Notes under the pieces: model-generated | What the model was told of the DNA's origin: nothing | The model's database searches: none | The model's input: only the letters and a program-made list of their open reading frames with translations | Translations under genes and position numbers: made by a program | In this document: in pieces, positions 1-8,981 of the stretch | Position numbering within the stretch: position 1 is the stretch's first letter | Layout of the letters: every line of letters begins with the position of its first letter | Assembly (NCBI GenBank): GCA_016927655.1 | Contig: JAFGMG010000001.1 | Coordinates: 115,599-179,598 of the forward strand | Source: Candidatus Dojkabacteria bacterium | GTDB taxonomy: Bacteria > Patescibacteriota > Dojkabacteria > B142 > JAFGMG01 | Length of the DNA stretch: 64,000 bases | Direction of reading: 5' to 3'

Positions 1-513
1 GACCTCTAGAGCTTTTACAGGATCTCTCTCAATTTGAACACTGCAGCAATTTTTCCTGGCTTTATTGATCGTTCTTTTCATCGAAGAAGAAAGCCCTCTC
101 CACAGTTCTTCTTCATTCTTTGCCAGATCAATAATATTTGTTTGATTTGGCTGAATAGTTTTGCCAGTAATTTTGAAGCCGGCTTGCGAAAACGACTCCT
201 GACCCTTGGTCATATTTGGATCTATTATCAAATGAGACAGTTTCAAATCTTCTTTGGCATATTCAGTAAGTTCTATCAGCATCCAGTTCTCCAAAATATC
301 ATCCGAGAAACCTCTTGCGATATAGCCAAATTTGAAACCAAAAATTGGGAATTTTTTATAAAAAATTGTAACTGGGAAATTGCCGACAATTAATCTTTCT
401 ACTTTCCAGTCAGCGGATTTGATCTCTCCCCACTGCCAGGACTGCAGAATTGAGAATTTGTGTTTTTGAAACAATTCATCGTATTGCTTTTTATCAACAG
501 CCTTTATTATCAT
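1..513 (-). CDS. FemAB/FemX-family peptidoglycan bridge peptidyltransferase, runs off the window start (partial)
   Basis: Not in the ORF track; translated by hand from ATG at 513: MIIKAVDKKQYDELFQKHKFSILQSWQWGEIK...GYIARG...IQPNQTNIIDLAKNEEEL. LQSxxWG and QPxxTxxIDL are typical of FemAB proteins. Confidence 0.8.
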   Translation of the reverse strand, partial: MIIKAVDKKQYDELFQKHKFSILQSWQWGEIKSADWKVERLIVGNFPVTIFYKKFPIFGFKFGYIARGFSDDILENWMLIELTEYAKEDLKLSHLIIDPNMTKGQESFSQAGFKITGKTIQPNQTNIIDLAKNEEELWRGLSSSMKRTINKARKNCCSVQIERDPVKALEV

Positions 514-585
514 TTATAATATTATAGCAAAGAGATTGGCAAGTGTCTGATTTTATGCAAGAATGAATTCAGATCGAAGAAATAG

Positions 586-1689
586 ATGAAAAAAACGTTA
601 TTATTTTTTCTCTTCTTATTTGCTCTCTTCTTAGGGATTGCGGTCACCCTATTTGGCATTTTCCTTTATACAAATTACTATAAATCTTCTACAGAGGAAA
701 CCGCAGAAGAATCCGAAGAAACCCCGCCTGCTAGAAATTATCAGCTAAATAAAGAAGTCTCGGCTTATATCCCCTGGTGGGATCAGGACGCAGCATTCGA
801 AAGCCTGCAGACAAATAAAGACTACATACAAACAGTACATCCCTTCTGGTATGAAGTAAAAGCTGATGGCAGTATTGATAAATTCAGCGGTGCAGAAGAT
901 CAGGAAATTATTGATTTTTGCAAAGATAATAATATCCAAATCATCCCCGCAATTTCAAATGAACAGGACCCTTTACCTGTAGAAGCGATTTTTGATAGCC
1001 CAGTCATTGTTGAACAACATGTTCAAAATATTACCAATCTTGTTTTGGAAAATGGGTTTGACGGGGTTGATATTGACTATGAAAGTCTTGAAACAGCCGA
1101 CCGTGAAGATTTTTCCAGTTTTATTGTTCAATTAGCAGTAAGCTTGAAAGAACAAAATAAACTTTTAACCGTAGCTGTGCACGCAAAGACTTCTGACGAA
1201 GGAACGTGGGATGGTCCTGCTGCACAAGATTGGATGGTTTTCAATGAATTTACAGACGGGGTCAATATCATGGCTTATGATTATCATTGGTCGACATCTG
1301 AAGCTGGCGATATAGCACCGGTTGACTGGGTTGAAGATGTCCTGGATTATGCTGTTACAGTGATCGAGCCCGAAAAGATTCATCTTGGCGTCCATTTCTA
1401 CGGCTATGACTGGCTGGCAGAAGAAGCTGAAGATCTGACCTATACAGACGTGCAGGAAATCATCGCCGCAGAAAATATCACCACCATTGATGTTTCAACT
1501 GGACTGGAAAATTATTTTACCTACAAAGATACTTTAAACAAAACTCATACAGTTTATTTCGCCGATAGTTATACAATTGCACCAAAAATTGACCTTGTAA
1601 ACCAATTCGATATTGGAGGAATAAGCATTTGGAGATTGGGGAATGAAGATCCTGAAAACTGGGATGTTATTTCAGATAAGTTTATTTAA
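586..1689 (+). CDS. Membrane-anchored glycoside hydrolase family 18 (chitinase/SleL-YaaH-like)
   Basis: N-terminal TM helix; catalytic DGVDIDYE (DxxDxDxE); MAYDYH; GGISIWRLG. Confidence 0.88.
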   Translation: MKKTLLFFLFLFALFLGIAVTLFGIFLYTNYYKSSTEETAEESEETPPARNYQLNKEVSAYIPWWDQDAAFESLQTNKDYIQTVHPFWYEVKADGSIDKFSGAEDQEIIDFCKDNNIQIIPAISNEQDPLPVEAIFDSPVIVEQHVQNITNLVLENGFDGVDIDYESLETADREDFSSFIVQLAVSLKEQNKLLTVAVHAKTSDEGTWDGPAAQDWMVFNEFTDGVNIMAYDYHWSTSEAGDIAPVDWVEDVLDYAVTVIEPEKIHLGVHFYGYDWLAEEAEDLTYTDVQEIIAAENITTIDVSTGLENYFTYKDTLNKTHTVYFADSYTIAPKIDLVNQFDIGGISIWRLGNEDPENWDVISDKFI

Positions 1690-1713
1690 TTTAATTATTA
1701 TTCATACAATATT

Positions 1714-2364
1714 ATGTTCAAGAACTTACCATTAAAGCTGATTCTTGCTATTACTGGAGGGGTGGCCATTGTTGGTGCTGGAGTGTTGATACTTTATGAC
1801 AGGACGGACCTCTTCGATCGATTCCCCTTGATAGGAGAAGATGAAATAGAAATAGTTATCTGCGATGGAAGTATCTGCAAAAACAATGTAACCGACCAAA
1901 CTTCTGAAATGCTGATTTACAAAGGCGACTATGACGGAGTTGAAGAATTTGTTGAAGTAAACACTTCTCCTGATGGAAAGCACATCTGCTTTTTAGCGCA
2001 GGATATGGTCCCAAGATGGGTTTACTACGCTGAGGCCGATGGAACAGATGTCAGAGAAGAAATTGCACTTGCAATAAATTGTGTATGGTCAAATAACAGT
2101 GACAAATTTGCCTTTATCAATCACACAACTGACGTTTCTCCACATAATGTTTATGTATATGACATCGAAACAAAGGAAACAACGAATCTCACCGAGAGTG
2201 TAAATAGTTATGAAATTGAAAGGATATATCAAACTCCTGTCTGGTCGGATGATGATTCCACTATTAGAAGTAAATACATTCAATATGATTCAACTGCAGA
2301 CTGGGCAGAAACACAAGGAGAATCTGAGATAAACCTGGCAACTGGCGAAGTGACTGATTTGTAA
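1714..2364 (+). CDS. Membrane-anchored protein with TolB/PD40-like propeller blades
   Basis: N-terminal TM; SPDGKHICF, VWSNNSDKFAF, PVWSDD repeats. Confidence 0.6.
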   Translation: MFKNLPLKLILAITGGVAIVGAGVLILYDRTDLFDRFPLIGEDEIEIVICDGSICKNNVTDQTSEMLIYKGDYDGVEEFVEVNTSPDGKHICFLAQDMVPRWVYYAEADGTDVREEIALAINCVWSNNSDKFAFINHTTDVSPHNVYVYDIETKETTNLTESVNSYEIERIYQTPVWSDDDSTIRSKYIQYDSTADWAETQGESEINLATGEVTDL

Positions 2365-2389
2365 ACAATCCGTTGTTTACAACCATTAC

Positions 2390-3352
2390 TTACAAGTAGC
2401 CTGCTACTTGAGAATACCAGTTGGCGGCAATGATCGAATACCCGGATGTGTTCGGATGAGTTGAATCATACATCAGACTCGTTTTTGCCTGATGAGTCGA
2501 TGTATCATACAAATCCGACCAATTTGCAGTGAAGTATTTGTCATCTCCGGTAATTGAACTTGCCAATTTAGTGTTATAGTAAGAAATTGCCAGAGATCCC
2601 CATGTATCATATAAATTATTCGGAATAAATGCCGACAGAATCAATTTCGGATGGCTGCCATCCGGATTTGTGTGAGCTTTAACGGTATTTACTATCTGCT
2701 GGACCTCAGAAGCAGTTTGATTAACTACTGCATTAATTGTGTAAATATCGGCTTCTGCTATATCATTGCCGCCAACCATTAAAAGGACTACCTCTGGATT
2801 GTACTGGTTCAACCAGATGGATGTATTTGCCAGCACATTTTCTGCTTTGTAGCCATTTACGGCTTTGTTCACAACTGTGTATTCACCTGAGCCAAAAGCA
2901 CTATTAATTGAAGCCTGTAACTTTGCCGGATAGGTGCTTGAAGAGCCATTATATGGATAGCCGGCTGTAACGCTGTCTCCAAGGCATACAATATTTTCCG
3001 GCTCAGGCTCTGGAGTTGGTGCCGGAGTCGGCGTCGGGGCTGGCGTCGGAGTAGTTCCATCCTCAGTTCCATCCAAATCCTGCGAATTTGAACCAACACT
3101 GGAAGTACTATCTGTGTCAGATCGCCCCGCCCCATCTGGCAGATAAATATTTGCATTATCCCCTCTTCCATCAATATCAAAATTATAATTAATTTCCCCT
3201 TCCTCTGCTGCGCTTACATCCTGTTCATCCTGCTTATCATTGACAAAGACCCTAATCCAGCTGATTAAAACCAACAAAAACAAAGTAAAAATCAAAAACC
3301 CTACAAAAATCAGCCTGACATTTTTAGTTAGTCTTTTTTTTATCGACGTCAT
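2390..3352 (-). CDS. Membrane-anchored SGNH/GDSL hydrolase with Pro/Thr linker
   Basis: GDSVT (block I), NG (II), GGND (III), DSTHP (V); TPTPAPTPTPAPTPEPEPE linker; N-terminal TM. Confidence 0.88.
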   Translation of the reverse strand: MTSIKKRLTKNVRLIFVGFLIFTLFLLVLISWIRVFVNDKQDEQDVSAAEEGEINYNFDIDGRGDNANIYLPDGAGRSDTDSTSSVGSNSQDLDGTEDGTTPTPAPTPTPAPTPEPEPENIVCLGDSVTAGYPYNGSSSTYPAKLQASINSAFGSGEYTVVNKAVNGYKAENVLANTSIWLNQYNPEVVLLMVGGNDIAEADIYTINAVVNQTASEVQQIVNTVKAHTNPDGSHPKLILSAFIPNNLYDTWGSLAISYYNTKLASSITGDDKYFTANWSDLYDTSTHQAKTSLMYDSTHPNTSGYSIIAANWYSQVAGYL

Positions 3353-3356
3353 CTAT

Positions 3357-4403
3357 TTACCTGCTATACAAAATTACAAATGTTCCACTTTCAAGAATGG
3401 CAACTCCCGGGTCTGCACCGTCCACTCTAGTGCCGGACTCCATAGTCCAACTCACCCCATCAGGCGAAATCGCGGATTTGACTCCATTGTCCGTTCCATA
3501 AAACCTCAATTTCCCCCCAATATTTATCACATCTCCAAGAAAAGTCATATCCGCATAAACGTCATCCTGTTGTATAAAGTCTATTCCTGTAGAAGATGTT
3601 GAATGAACATTCTTTTTTGTGCCGCTTACAGGCGCCGCACTCAGATCTTCCCCCGCTTCATGGAATGCTGTGTAATGGTGCCAGACACCATCGAAATACA
3701 CGACTGCAGGATCAAGGACCATCTGGCTTACCTCCAGCTGTTGCCCTTCGCTGACAAAAGTCCCATCAATTGTATCCGCCTTTGCGGAATATAGATTTGG
3801 GAACGCATCTCCCGGTGTCTGATATGTGAAATACAATCTGAAAGTGCCATCCTCTAGCTGCACCAAAGTAGGATCGACCGGATTTGGATTCGCCTCCATT
3901 TTTTGCGTGCTGCTTGTCAACCCGCTAAATTCAACTTTTTTAATTTTCGACCATGTTTGTCCACCGTCAGCAGAGATTGTGTAAACAATCTTGTCAAAAA
4001 GGCCCTCATTTACAAAAGAAAAATATTGGAAAGTTGCAATCAGATCTCCATCCCTGGTCGTTATCAGATTTGGGACGCCAGAATGACTCATGAAAAATTT
4101 ATCACCTGTAAAATCAAGTCCGTTGTTTGAACTCGAAAGATAGATATCCCCGTTCCATGGACCGGTATCAGCATTTTCCCCTCTTGCGATCCAGGCAGGC
4201 ATAGTATTGGTATCCTGTTCAAACACATCAGGTTCTAGGGAATAATCAATTTCCAAAATACTATTTTGACTGTCTTGTTTTTCATCATTCAAATCCTCTT
4301 TTTCATTGTCCCCAGGCAGCAAGAAAACTGCAATAAGTACGCCCAACAGGACAAGAAGGAATATAATTACCCCAATAAGCACCACTATAATTTTCCTGCT
4401 CAT
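3357..4403 (-). CDS. Membrane-anchored sialidase-like/BNR beta-propeller glycoside hydrolase
   Basis: Asp-boxes SADGGQTW and SPDGVSW; repeated DP motifs (VDPT, LDPA, ADPG); N-terminal TM. Confidence 0.6.
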   Translation of the reverse strand: MSRKIIVVLIGVIIFLLVLLGVLIAVFLLPGDNEKEDLNDEKQDSQNSILEIDYSLEPDVFEQDTNTMPAWIARGENADTGPWNGDIYLSSSNNGLDFTGDKFFMSHSGVPNLITTRDGDLIATFQYFSFVNEGLFDKIVYTISADGGQTWSKIKKVEFSGLTSSTQKMEANPNPVDPTLVQLEDGTFRLYFTYQTPGDAFPNLYSAKADTIDGTFVSEGQQLEVSQMVLDPAVVYFDGVWHHYTAFHEAGEDLSAAPVSGTKKNVHSTSSTGIDFIQQDDVYADMTFLGDVINIGGKLRFYGTDNGVKSAISPDGVSWTMESGTRVDGADPGVAILESGTFVILYSR

Positions 4404-4501
4404 CTAAAACTAATTAATAAATATTTACTCATTATAAAGAGCCTGCAGTCTTAAGTAAAACAAAATGGACACTAATGAATCGTATTTTGTATAATCATCA
4501 T

Positions 4502-5116
4502 ATGTGCTACAGATACTATATCGGGACGAATTTTTATATTGAAAAAAGGTTTTCTACTGTGCCCTTCGGGCTGGGACTGCAGCCAAATCTCAGTGCTTCC
4601 CCATCTCAGTTCCTGCCGATTATCCGCGAATCTGCAGAAGGCAGAAAAATTTCACTCGCTAAATGGGGACTGATTCCCTCGTGGGCCAAAAACGATGATT
4701 TTGCAAGTAAACTCGCCAATGCGAGATTGGAAAGTATCGAGACCAAACCATCGTTCGCAAGACCGTTTAAATTTAAGCGCTGCATTGTGCCAGTTTCCGG
4801 CTTCTATGAGTGGGAGCACAGGGAAGGAGAAAAGATCAAATACTCAATTGAACCAGAAGATGGAAATGGCTTTGGACTTGCAGGACTATGGGATGAGTGG
4901 ATGCCTCCAAACGGAGATCCAATCATAAGCTATACGATTCTAACCACCAATCCTACCCCTAAAATAAAGAAAATTCACCAGAGAATGCCAGTGATTCTTG
5001 AAAATGACGAGGAAAGTATTTGGCTTGCAGAGGACAGCAAGACAGATTCGCTAAAGCAATTATTTGATCCATATCCGTATAGAAAACTCAAAGTCTTTCA
5101 AACAGAAACCCACTAA
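4502..5116 (+). CDS. SOS response-associated peptidase (SRAP/YedK/HMCES), abasic-site protecting
   Basis: Start moved from 4475 to ATG 4502 so the protein begins MC (catalytic Cys2); WGLIPSW, NARLES, GFYEW, IHQRMPVIL. Confidence 0.92.
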   Translation: MCYRYYIGTNFYIEKRFSTVPFGLGLQPNLSASPSQFLPIIRESAEGRKISLAKWGLIPSWAKNDDFASKLANARLESIETKPSFARPFKFKRCIVPVSGFYEWEHREGEKIKYSIEPEDGNGFGLAGLWDEWMPPNGDPIISYTILTTNPTPKIKKIHQRMPVILENDEESIWLAEDSKTDSLKQLFDPYPYRKLKVFQTETH

Positions 5117-5125
5117 ACCAGCAAT

Positions 5126-5749
5126 CTAGTTTTTGACGTCAATCCCGCCAAAAATCATAACCCCTTCTATCAATACAGTCACAGAAGAATCACTGTTTGA
5201 ATCTGTCTTATCCTCAACCCCTCCAAAAAGGGGCAATACGCTGCTTTTTACTTTCCATCCTTTTGGGATAATTATTTCATTACCGCCGAATAAGCTGAAA
5301 GTATCAATGTTTATAGTGTCTCCCGCTGGCTTAGCCTCTCTCAAATCGATATTATTACCCCCGAAAATTGCCGTTAGCGATGCCTTTTTAAAATTCTGTG
5401 ATTTAATTTTTCTCTCATTGCCAAAGAAAAATGCAAAATCATCAAGAGTATCACCTTCGTGGTGTTTCGATATCGGCGTTTTAAAAAGCCCAAAACTTCT
5501 CACCATCAGAATCAGCCCTACTAGAATAATTATCAACGGGAAGAAGTACTGCTCGATATCTGCCTCGAGAATATCTGAAAGAATAAAAAATATCCCCAAG
5601 AATAACAGGATGAATCCGGCAACCGGCTTTCTTTTCGCAAGAAGAAACAGCCCGATTATAAATAGAATCAGGCTCCAGAAACTCCCAAAACCTACCAGCA
5701 AGCTGATTCCAATTGTGATTAGAATAATGCCGCCAAATACATTACTCAT
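5126..5749 (-). CDS. LiaF-like (DUF2154) membrane protein
   Basis: Four short TM segments, then repeated FGG motifs (AIFGG, SLFGG, PLFGG, MIFGG) and IPKGWKV. Confidence 0.8.
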   Translation of the reverse strand: MSNVFGGIILITIGISLLVGFGSFWSLILFIIGLFLLAKRKPVAGFILLFLGIFFILSDILEADIEQYFFPLIIILVGLILMVRSFGLFKTPISKHHEGDTLDDFAFFFGNERKIKSQNFKKASLTAIFGGNNIDLREAKPAGDTINIDTFSLFGGNEIIIPKGWKVKSSVLPLFGGVEDKTDSNSDSSVTVLIEGVMIFGGIDVKN

Positions 5750-5813
5750 ATGTCAAATTTAATAAGTAATTTAGAATATTTCGTTTAGCAGGTTTTATTA
5801 AATGACTAGATAG

Positions 5814-6218
5814 CTATTCGCCAAAATGTTCATCTTCCTCATCTTTAATGGCATCCTCTTTTGTCACATGGACTCTTCCGTCAATATGATTTGCAGGGGC
5901 ATAAACTGTATATAACTTCATTTCCTCAGTTTCTGAAGTATTTACAATATTGTGCTCTATTCCTGCCGGCACTACAATCGCAGAGCCATCTTTCAGTTCG
6001 TTTTCCTCACCATTCAGGACAGACTTCCCTTCTCCTTTGTCAATACGGATAAATTGATCGACTTTGTGATGGACTTCGCTCCCAATGTCTTCACCAGGCT
6101 TTAAAGACATAAGGACTAGCTGCATATGTTTACCTGTATAAAGAACTTTGCGGAAATTTGTATTATTGAGAGTTTCCTCTTCAATGTTGTCTACATAAGC
6201 CACTTTCGACATATTCAT
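5814..6218 (-). CDS. Cupin domain protein (start may be 6212)
   Basis: NFRKVLYTG, QLVLMSL, IGSEVH...DQF, VPAGIEHN, KLYTVYAP. Confidence 0.88.
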   Translation of the reverse strand: MNMSKVAYVDNIEEETLNNTNFRKVLYTGKHMQLVLMSLKPGEDIGSEVHHKVDQFIRIDKGEGKSVLNGEENELKDGSAIVVPAGIEHNIVNTSETEEMKLYTVYAPANHIDGRVHVTKEDAIKDEEDEHFGE

Positions 6219-6259
6219 GAATTACTTAGTAATAAATTAAGCAGTCTATCAAATACATA

Positions 6260-7027
6260 CTATCCTCTCAATGTCCCCGAGAAAACCTGCCATGCCAGGG
6301 CCGACTTGGCAAGCAGACTCAAAACTATATACATTCTTTCTCCAAACAAGTAATTTCTCCAGGGCCCGATTTTTTTGTACTGAAGGAACATATTGATAGC
6401 AAAAATATTGAAAAACAAGAAAAGCGAAATCAAAATTCCATAGACAAAAGTTGGAACTGAGTCTGAATAATTGTTAAGCGCTCCGTAGAAATACATTGCG
6501 ATAACGATCCAAGGAACAATTCCTGCAATGCAGCCAAATACAAAGCTCAGCCAGTTTGTTTTCTTTGTGGTTTGATTGTGCACTTCCATGATAAGCCCAA
6601 AGAAAATCATCATGGCGTTTAAAGTAAATATCAAAATCAAACTTGATAAATCATACATCCCGGAAAGCATAGCAATAATAACAATCATTAAAGAAGAACT
6701 GAAAGCATACTCATACCATCTAAGATAGTTGATTTTCTTTTTAAGATTCTCAACGTACCACTCATAAACAACCGGTAAAGTGAGCAGGAGATGCGCTAGT
6801 GCGGATATAAACAAGAACCCCGCTACTACAGGACCAATTTGAAGAGATGCCACCTCAACCGCATTTGGTGCAACGGAATTTTGGAAAGAATCATAGTCAA
6901 GATAAGAGGTTGTAATCGGCAGACTAAAACCATTACTTAAAACAAGCATTAAAACACCTTGAGCAAAATGTAAAATGGCCATAATGCCATTAAAGATTCT
7001 CAGATTCCGGAATTTCGTTTCGTCCAT
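6260..7027 (-). CDS. Heliorhodopsin
   Basis: 7 TM; TM1 HFAQG, TM2 SALAH, TM3 LRWYEYAFSSSLM, TM7 LSLLAKSALAWQVF (SxxxK Schiff-base Lys). Confidence 0.95.
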   Translation of the reverse strand: MDETKFRNLRIFNGIMAILHFAQGVLMLVLSNGFSLPITTSYLDYDSFQNSVAPNAVEVASLQIGPVVAGFLFISALAHLLLTLPVVYEWYVENLKKKINYLRWYEYAFSSSLMIVIIAMLSGMYDLSSLILIFTLNAMMIFFGLIMEVHNQTTKKTNWLSFVFGCIAGIVPWIVIAMYFYGALNNYSDSVPTFVYGILISLFLFFNIFAINMFLQYKKIGPWRNYLFGERMYIVLSLLAKSALAWQVFSGTLRG

Positions 7028-7109
7028 AAAAAAAAATTAAAATATTAAATAGTCCGAGCTGCAAATTGCTCATTCACATAATAAAGAAAATGATGCGGAA
7101 AAGCAAAAG

Positions 7110-7118
7110 TGTTATAAT
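7110..7118 (+). promoter_or_regulatory. Extended -10 promoter for tRNA-Arg
   Basis: TGTTATAAT, 20 nt upstream of the tRNA 5' end. Confidence 0.65.
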
Positions 7119-7138
7119 TAAGGCAGAGTTTCGATGCA

Positions 7139-7211
7139 GCGCCTGTAGCTCAATGGATAGAGCAACGGTCTTCGGAACCGTAGGTTGGGGGTTCGACTCC
7201 CTTCGGGCGCA
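7139..7211 (+). tRNA. tRNA-Arg(TCG)
   Basis: Acceptor GCGCCTG/CGGGCGC; anticodon arm ACGGT-CT TCG GA-ACCGT; T-loop TTCGACT; CCA not encoded. Confidence 0.96.
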
Positions 7212-7347
7212 CATTTTATGATAAAATCGACAGTTTTCCTCCCGGATCAAATGACCAAAAGGAATTTGATCCGAAAAGGAGAAGACCACGGAAGCTAAAA
7301 TAAATGAGTTTACGAATTTATGTAAGCTGAAGTGCGTCTTCGACGCA

Positions 7348-7419
7348 GGGTTCGTAGCTCAATGGTAGAGCAACCGGCTCTTAACCGGTAGGTTGTGGGT
7401 TCGAGTCCCACCGGACTCA
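7348..7419 (+). tRNA. tRNA-Lys(CTT)
   Basis: Acceptor GGGTTCG/CGGACTC; anticodon arm ACCGG-CT CTT AA-CCGGT; T-loop TTCGAGT; CCA not encoded. Confidence 0.95.
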
Positions 7420-7435
7420 CGTTTTTTAACTGGGA

Positions 7436-8290
7436 TCAAACTACCTCCGTCTGTATTTGTTCTTGAACAAATTGCAAAGGCGTTTCCTTTTCGATTATTC
7501 TGACAAATTTTGAATCTTTTGAATGAGAAAGAAGATCCTGTAGCAGCTCTTTCCGTTTGATAAACGCTTCTATTTTTCCTTCTTTATACAAAGCCTTGTA
7601 GCTGTCATCCATTACCTCTACAATCGTAACCGCATTTGCATTGTGTCTTTCTACACCGGTTGCAATCACTAAAGAGTACGCATCAGGATCGGTAAATCTA
7701 TCATTGGCAAGAATTATAGAGGCCAGAGCTTCACTTGCATTGGCTTCAACAAATGTTTCTTTATCTATTGGGTTTGCGTATATGAAGTCAACTTCCTTTG
7801 GGAACGGGTTAAAATCCGTATCATTTGAGATCAGTACAATTTTCAGATGTTTCCCAAAATGCTCTCTTAATAATTTAACCACTCCTGCTGTCAGTGATGT
7901 ATAGCCGTAAATTACTACATGGTTGCTGTAGCCGATTCGAATTATTCCCTTTTCTCTTCGATCATATGTAATTCTGATTAGATCTGCGACTTCTGAAATA
8001 ACAATAGCCAGCAGAACCAACCCGGAAGCTATAACCAGAGCACCAAGAATTTTTCCTTCTACTGTGACTGGATACACATCTCCATATCCAAGTCCGGAAA
8101 TTGTCACAATCCACCACCAGAACATCTCTCCAAACGAATCGAACTGGATATTGACATCTCTTTCAACAGCAAAAACAATAAAGGTTATAGACAAAGAAAT
8201 TACGACTGTTATAGATATCCAGGCGAAAGAGTGTTTGATTCTATCTGTAATCTGCCTATTGAAACTGACCTTTTTCATAATTTCATTCAT
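7436..8290 (-). CDS. 2TM potassium channel with RCK/TrkA-N domain (MthK-like)
   Basis: WWWIVTISGLGYGDVYPVT pore region between two TMs; NHVVIYGY start of the RCK domain. Confidence 0.88.
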   Translation of the reverse strand: MNEIMKKVSFNRQITDRIKHSFAWISITVVISLSITFIVFAVERDVNIQFDSFGEMFWWWIVTISGLGYGDVYPVTVEGKILGALVIASGLVLLAIVISEVADLIRITYDRREKGIIRIGYSNHVVIYGYTSLTAGVVKLLREHFGKHLKIVLISNDTDFNPFPKEVDFIYANPIDKETFVEANASEALASIILANDRFTDPDAYSLVIATGVERHNANAVTIVEVMDDSYKALYKEGKIEAFIKRKELLQDLLSHSKDSKFVRIIEKETPLQFVQEQIQTEVV

Positions 8291-8434
8291 GAGAATACTT
8301 ACTAATAGATGAAAGCAGTATAGCTAAAAGATGAGGGAAAGTTAAGAAGAGAACAAATCTCAATGAGATATAGAATGCCTATTTACGAATAGATAGCTAT
8401 AGTGGTAGAATCGAGAAATTTTTATCACAGAATA

Positions 8435-8653
8435 ATGAGTATACAACCTGGACCTGAATGCTCAGCAGTTGGGTGTCCTTTCGAGGGAAATTGTATACTT
8501 GACCCCAAGGTACCAGCACAAATTATTGCGGACATCGCCCGGGAAAATGGGATGCAGGGACAACTTATTAGATGCCCTAGATCTCCGAACTATGATCTCG
8601 AGGGAACCTTAGAAGAAATACGGACCCAAGAAAATGCTCAACAACCAGAATAA
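8435..8653 (+). CDS. Small hypothetical protein with four Cys
   Basis: ATG 8435 preferred over 8402 because TGGTAGAAT lies at 8403-8411; C-x3-GCPF-x3-C...C pattern. Confidence 0.5.
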   Translation: MSIQPGPECSAVGCPFEGNCILDPKVPAQIIADIARENGMQGQLIRCPRSPNYDLEGTLEEIRTQENAQQPE

Positions 8654-8741
8654 ATTACTTGGCAAATTTATTGTTTTGGGTACTGATCCACAACTACTAT
8701 AATAATCTTCTAATTCTAGCTTCTCAGCTAAATGATGTAAA

Positions 8742-8750
8742 TGGTATAAT
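8742..8750 (+). promoter_or_regulatory. Extended -10 promoter for tRNA-Leu
   Basis: TGGTATAAT, 21 nt upstream of the tRNA. Confidence 0.65.
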
Positions 8751-8771
8751 TCTGCTGCTGTTTAACAATAT

Positions 8772-8859
8772 GCAGACGTGGTGGAATTGGTAGACACGCT
8801 ACCTTGAGGTGGTAGTGCCCATAATTACGGGTGTGGAGGTTCAAATCCTCTCGTCTGCA
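8772..8859 (+). tRNA. tRNA-Leu(GAG)
   Basis: Acceptor GCAGACG/CGTCTGC; anticodon arm CTACC-TT GAG GT-GGTAG; long variable arm; T-loop TTCAAAT. Confidence 0.96.
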
Positions 8860-8890
8860 CTTAAAAGATTAGCAGAAATCCAAAATTTTC

Positions 8891-8899
8891 TGATATAAT
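8891..8899 (+). promoter_or_regulatory. Extended -10 promoter for the tRNA-Asp/GIY-YIG locus
   Basis: TGATATAAT, 13 nt before the first tRNA-Asp-like fragment. Confidence 0.65.
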
Positions 8900-8912
8900 C
8901 TTTATGTCCTTT

Positions 8913-8968
8913 GGGGTTGTAGCTCAATTGGTTAGAGCATCCCGGTCTTACCGGGAGGGTCGCGAGTT
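8913..8968 (+). pseudogene. tRNA-Asp-derived 5' fragment with palindromic anticodon arm, broken at the T-loop
   Basis: Identical to tRNA-Asp 9230-9256 through the D-arm; then TCCCGGT-CTT-ACCGGGA in place of the Asp arm; then GGGTCGCGAGTT; no 3' T-stem or acceptor strand. Confidence 0.85.
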
Positions 8969-8981
8969 TTAGAATTGGCAC

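Noticed and set aside
34-393. 119-aa plus-strand ORF
   Set aside because: It is the antisense shadow of the FemAB-like gene (1-513, minus).
5133-5762. 209-aa antisense ORF and the many other nested or antisense ORFs in the track
   Set aside because: They mirror well-supported genes and have no motifs of their own.
7074-7289. 71-aa minus-strand ORF
   Set aside because: It is antisense to tRNA-Arg.
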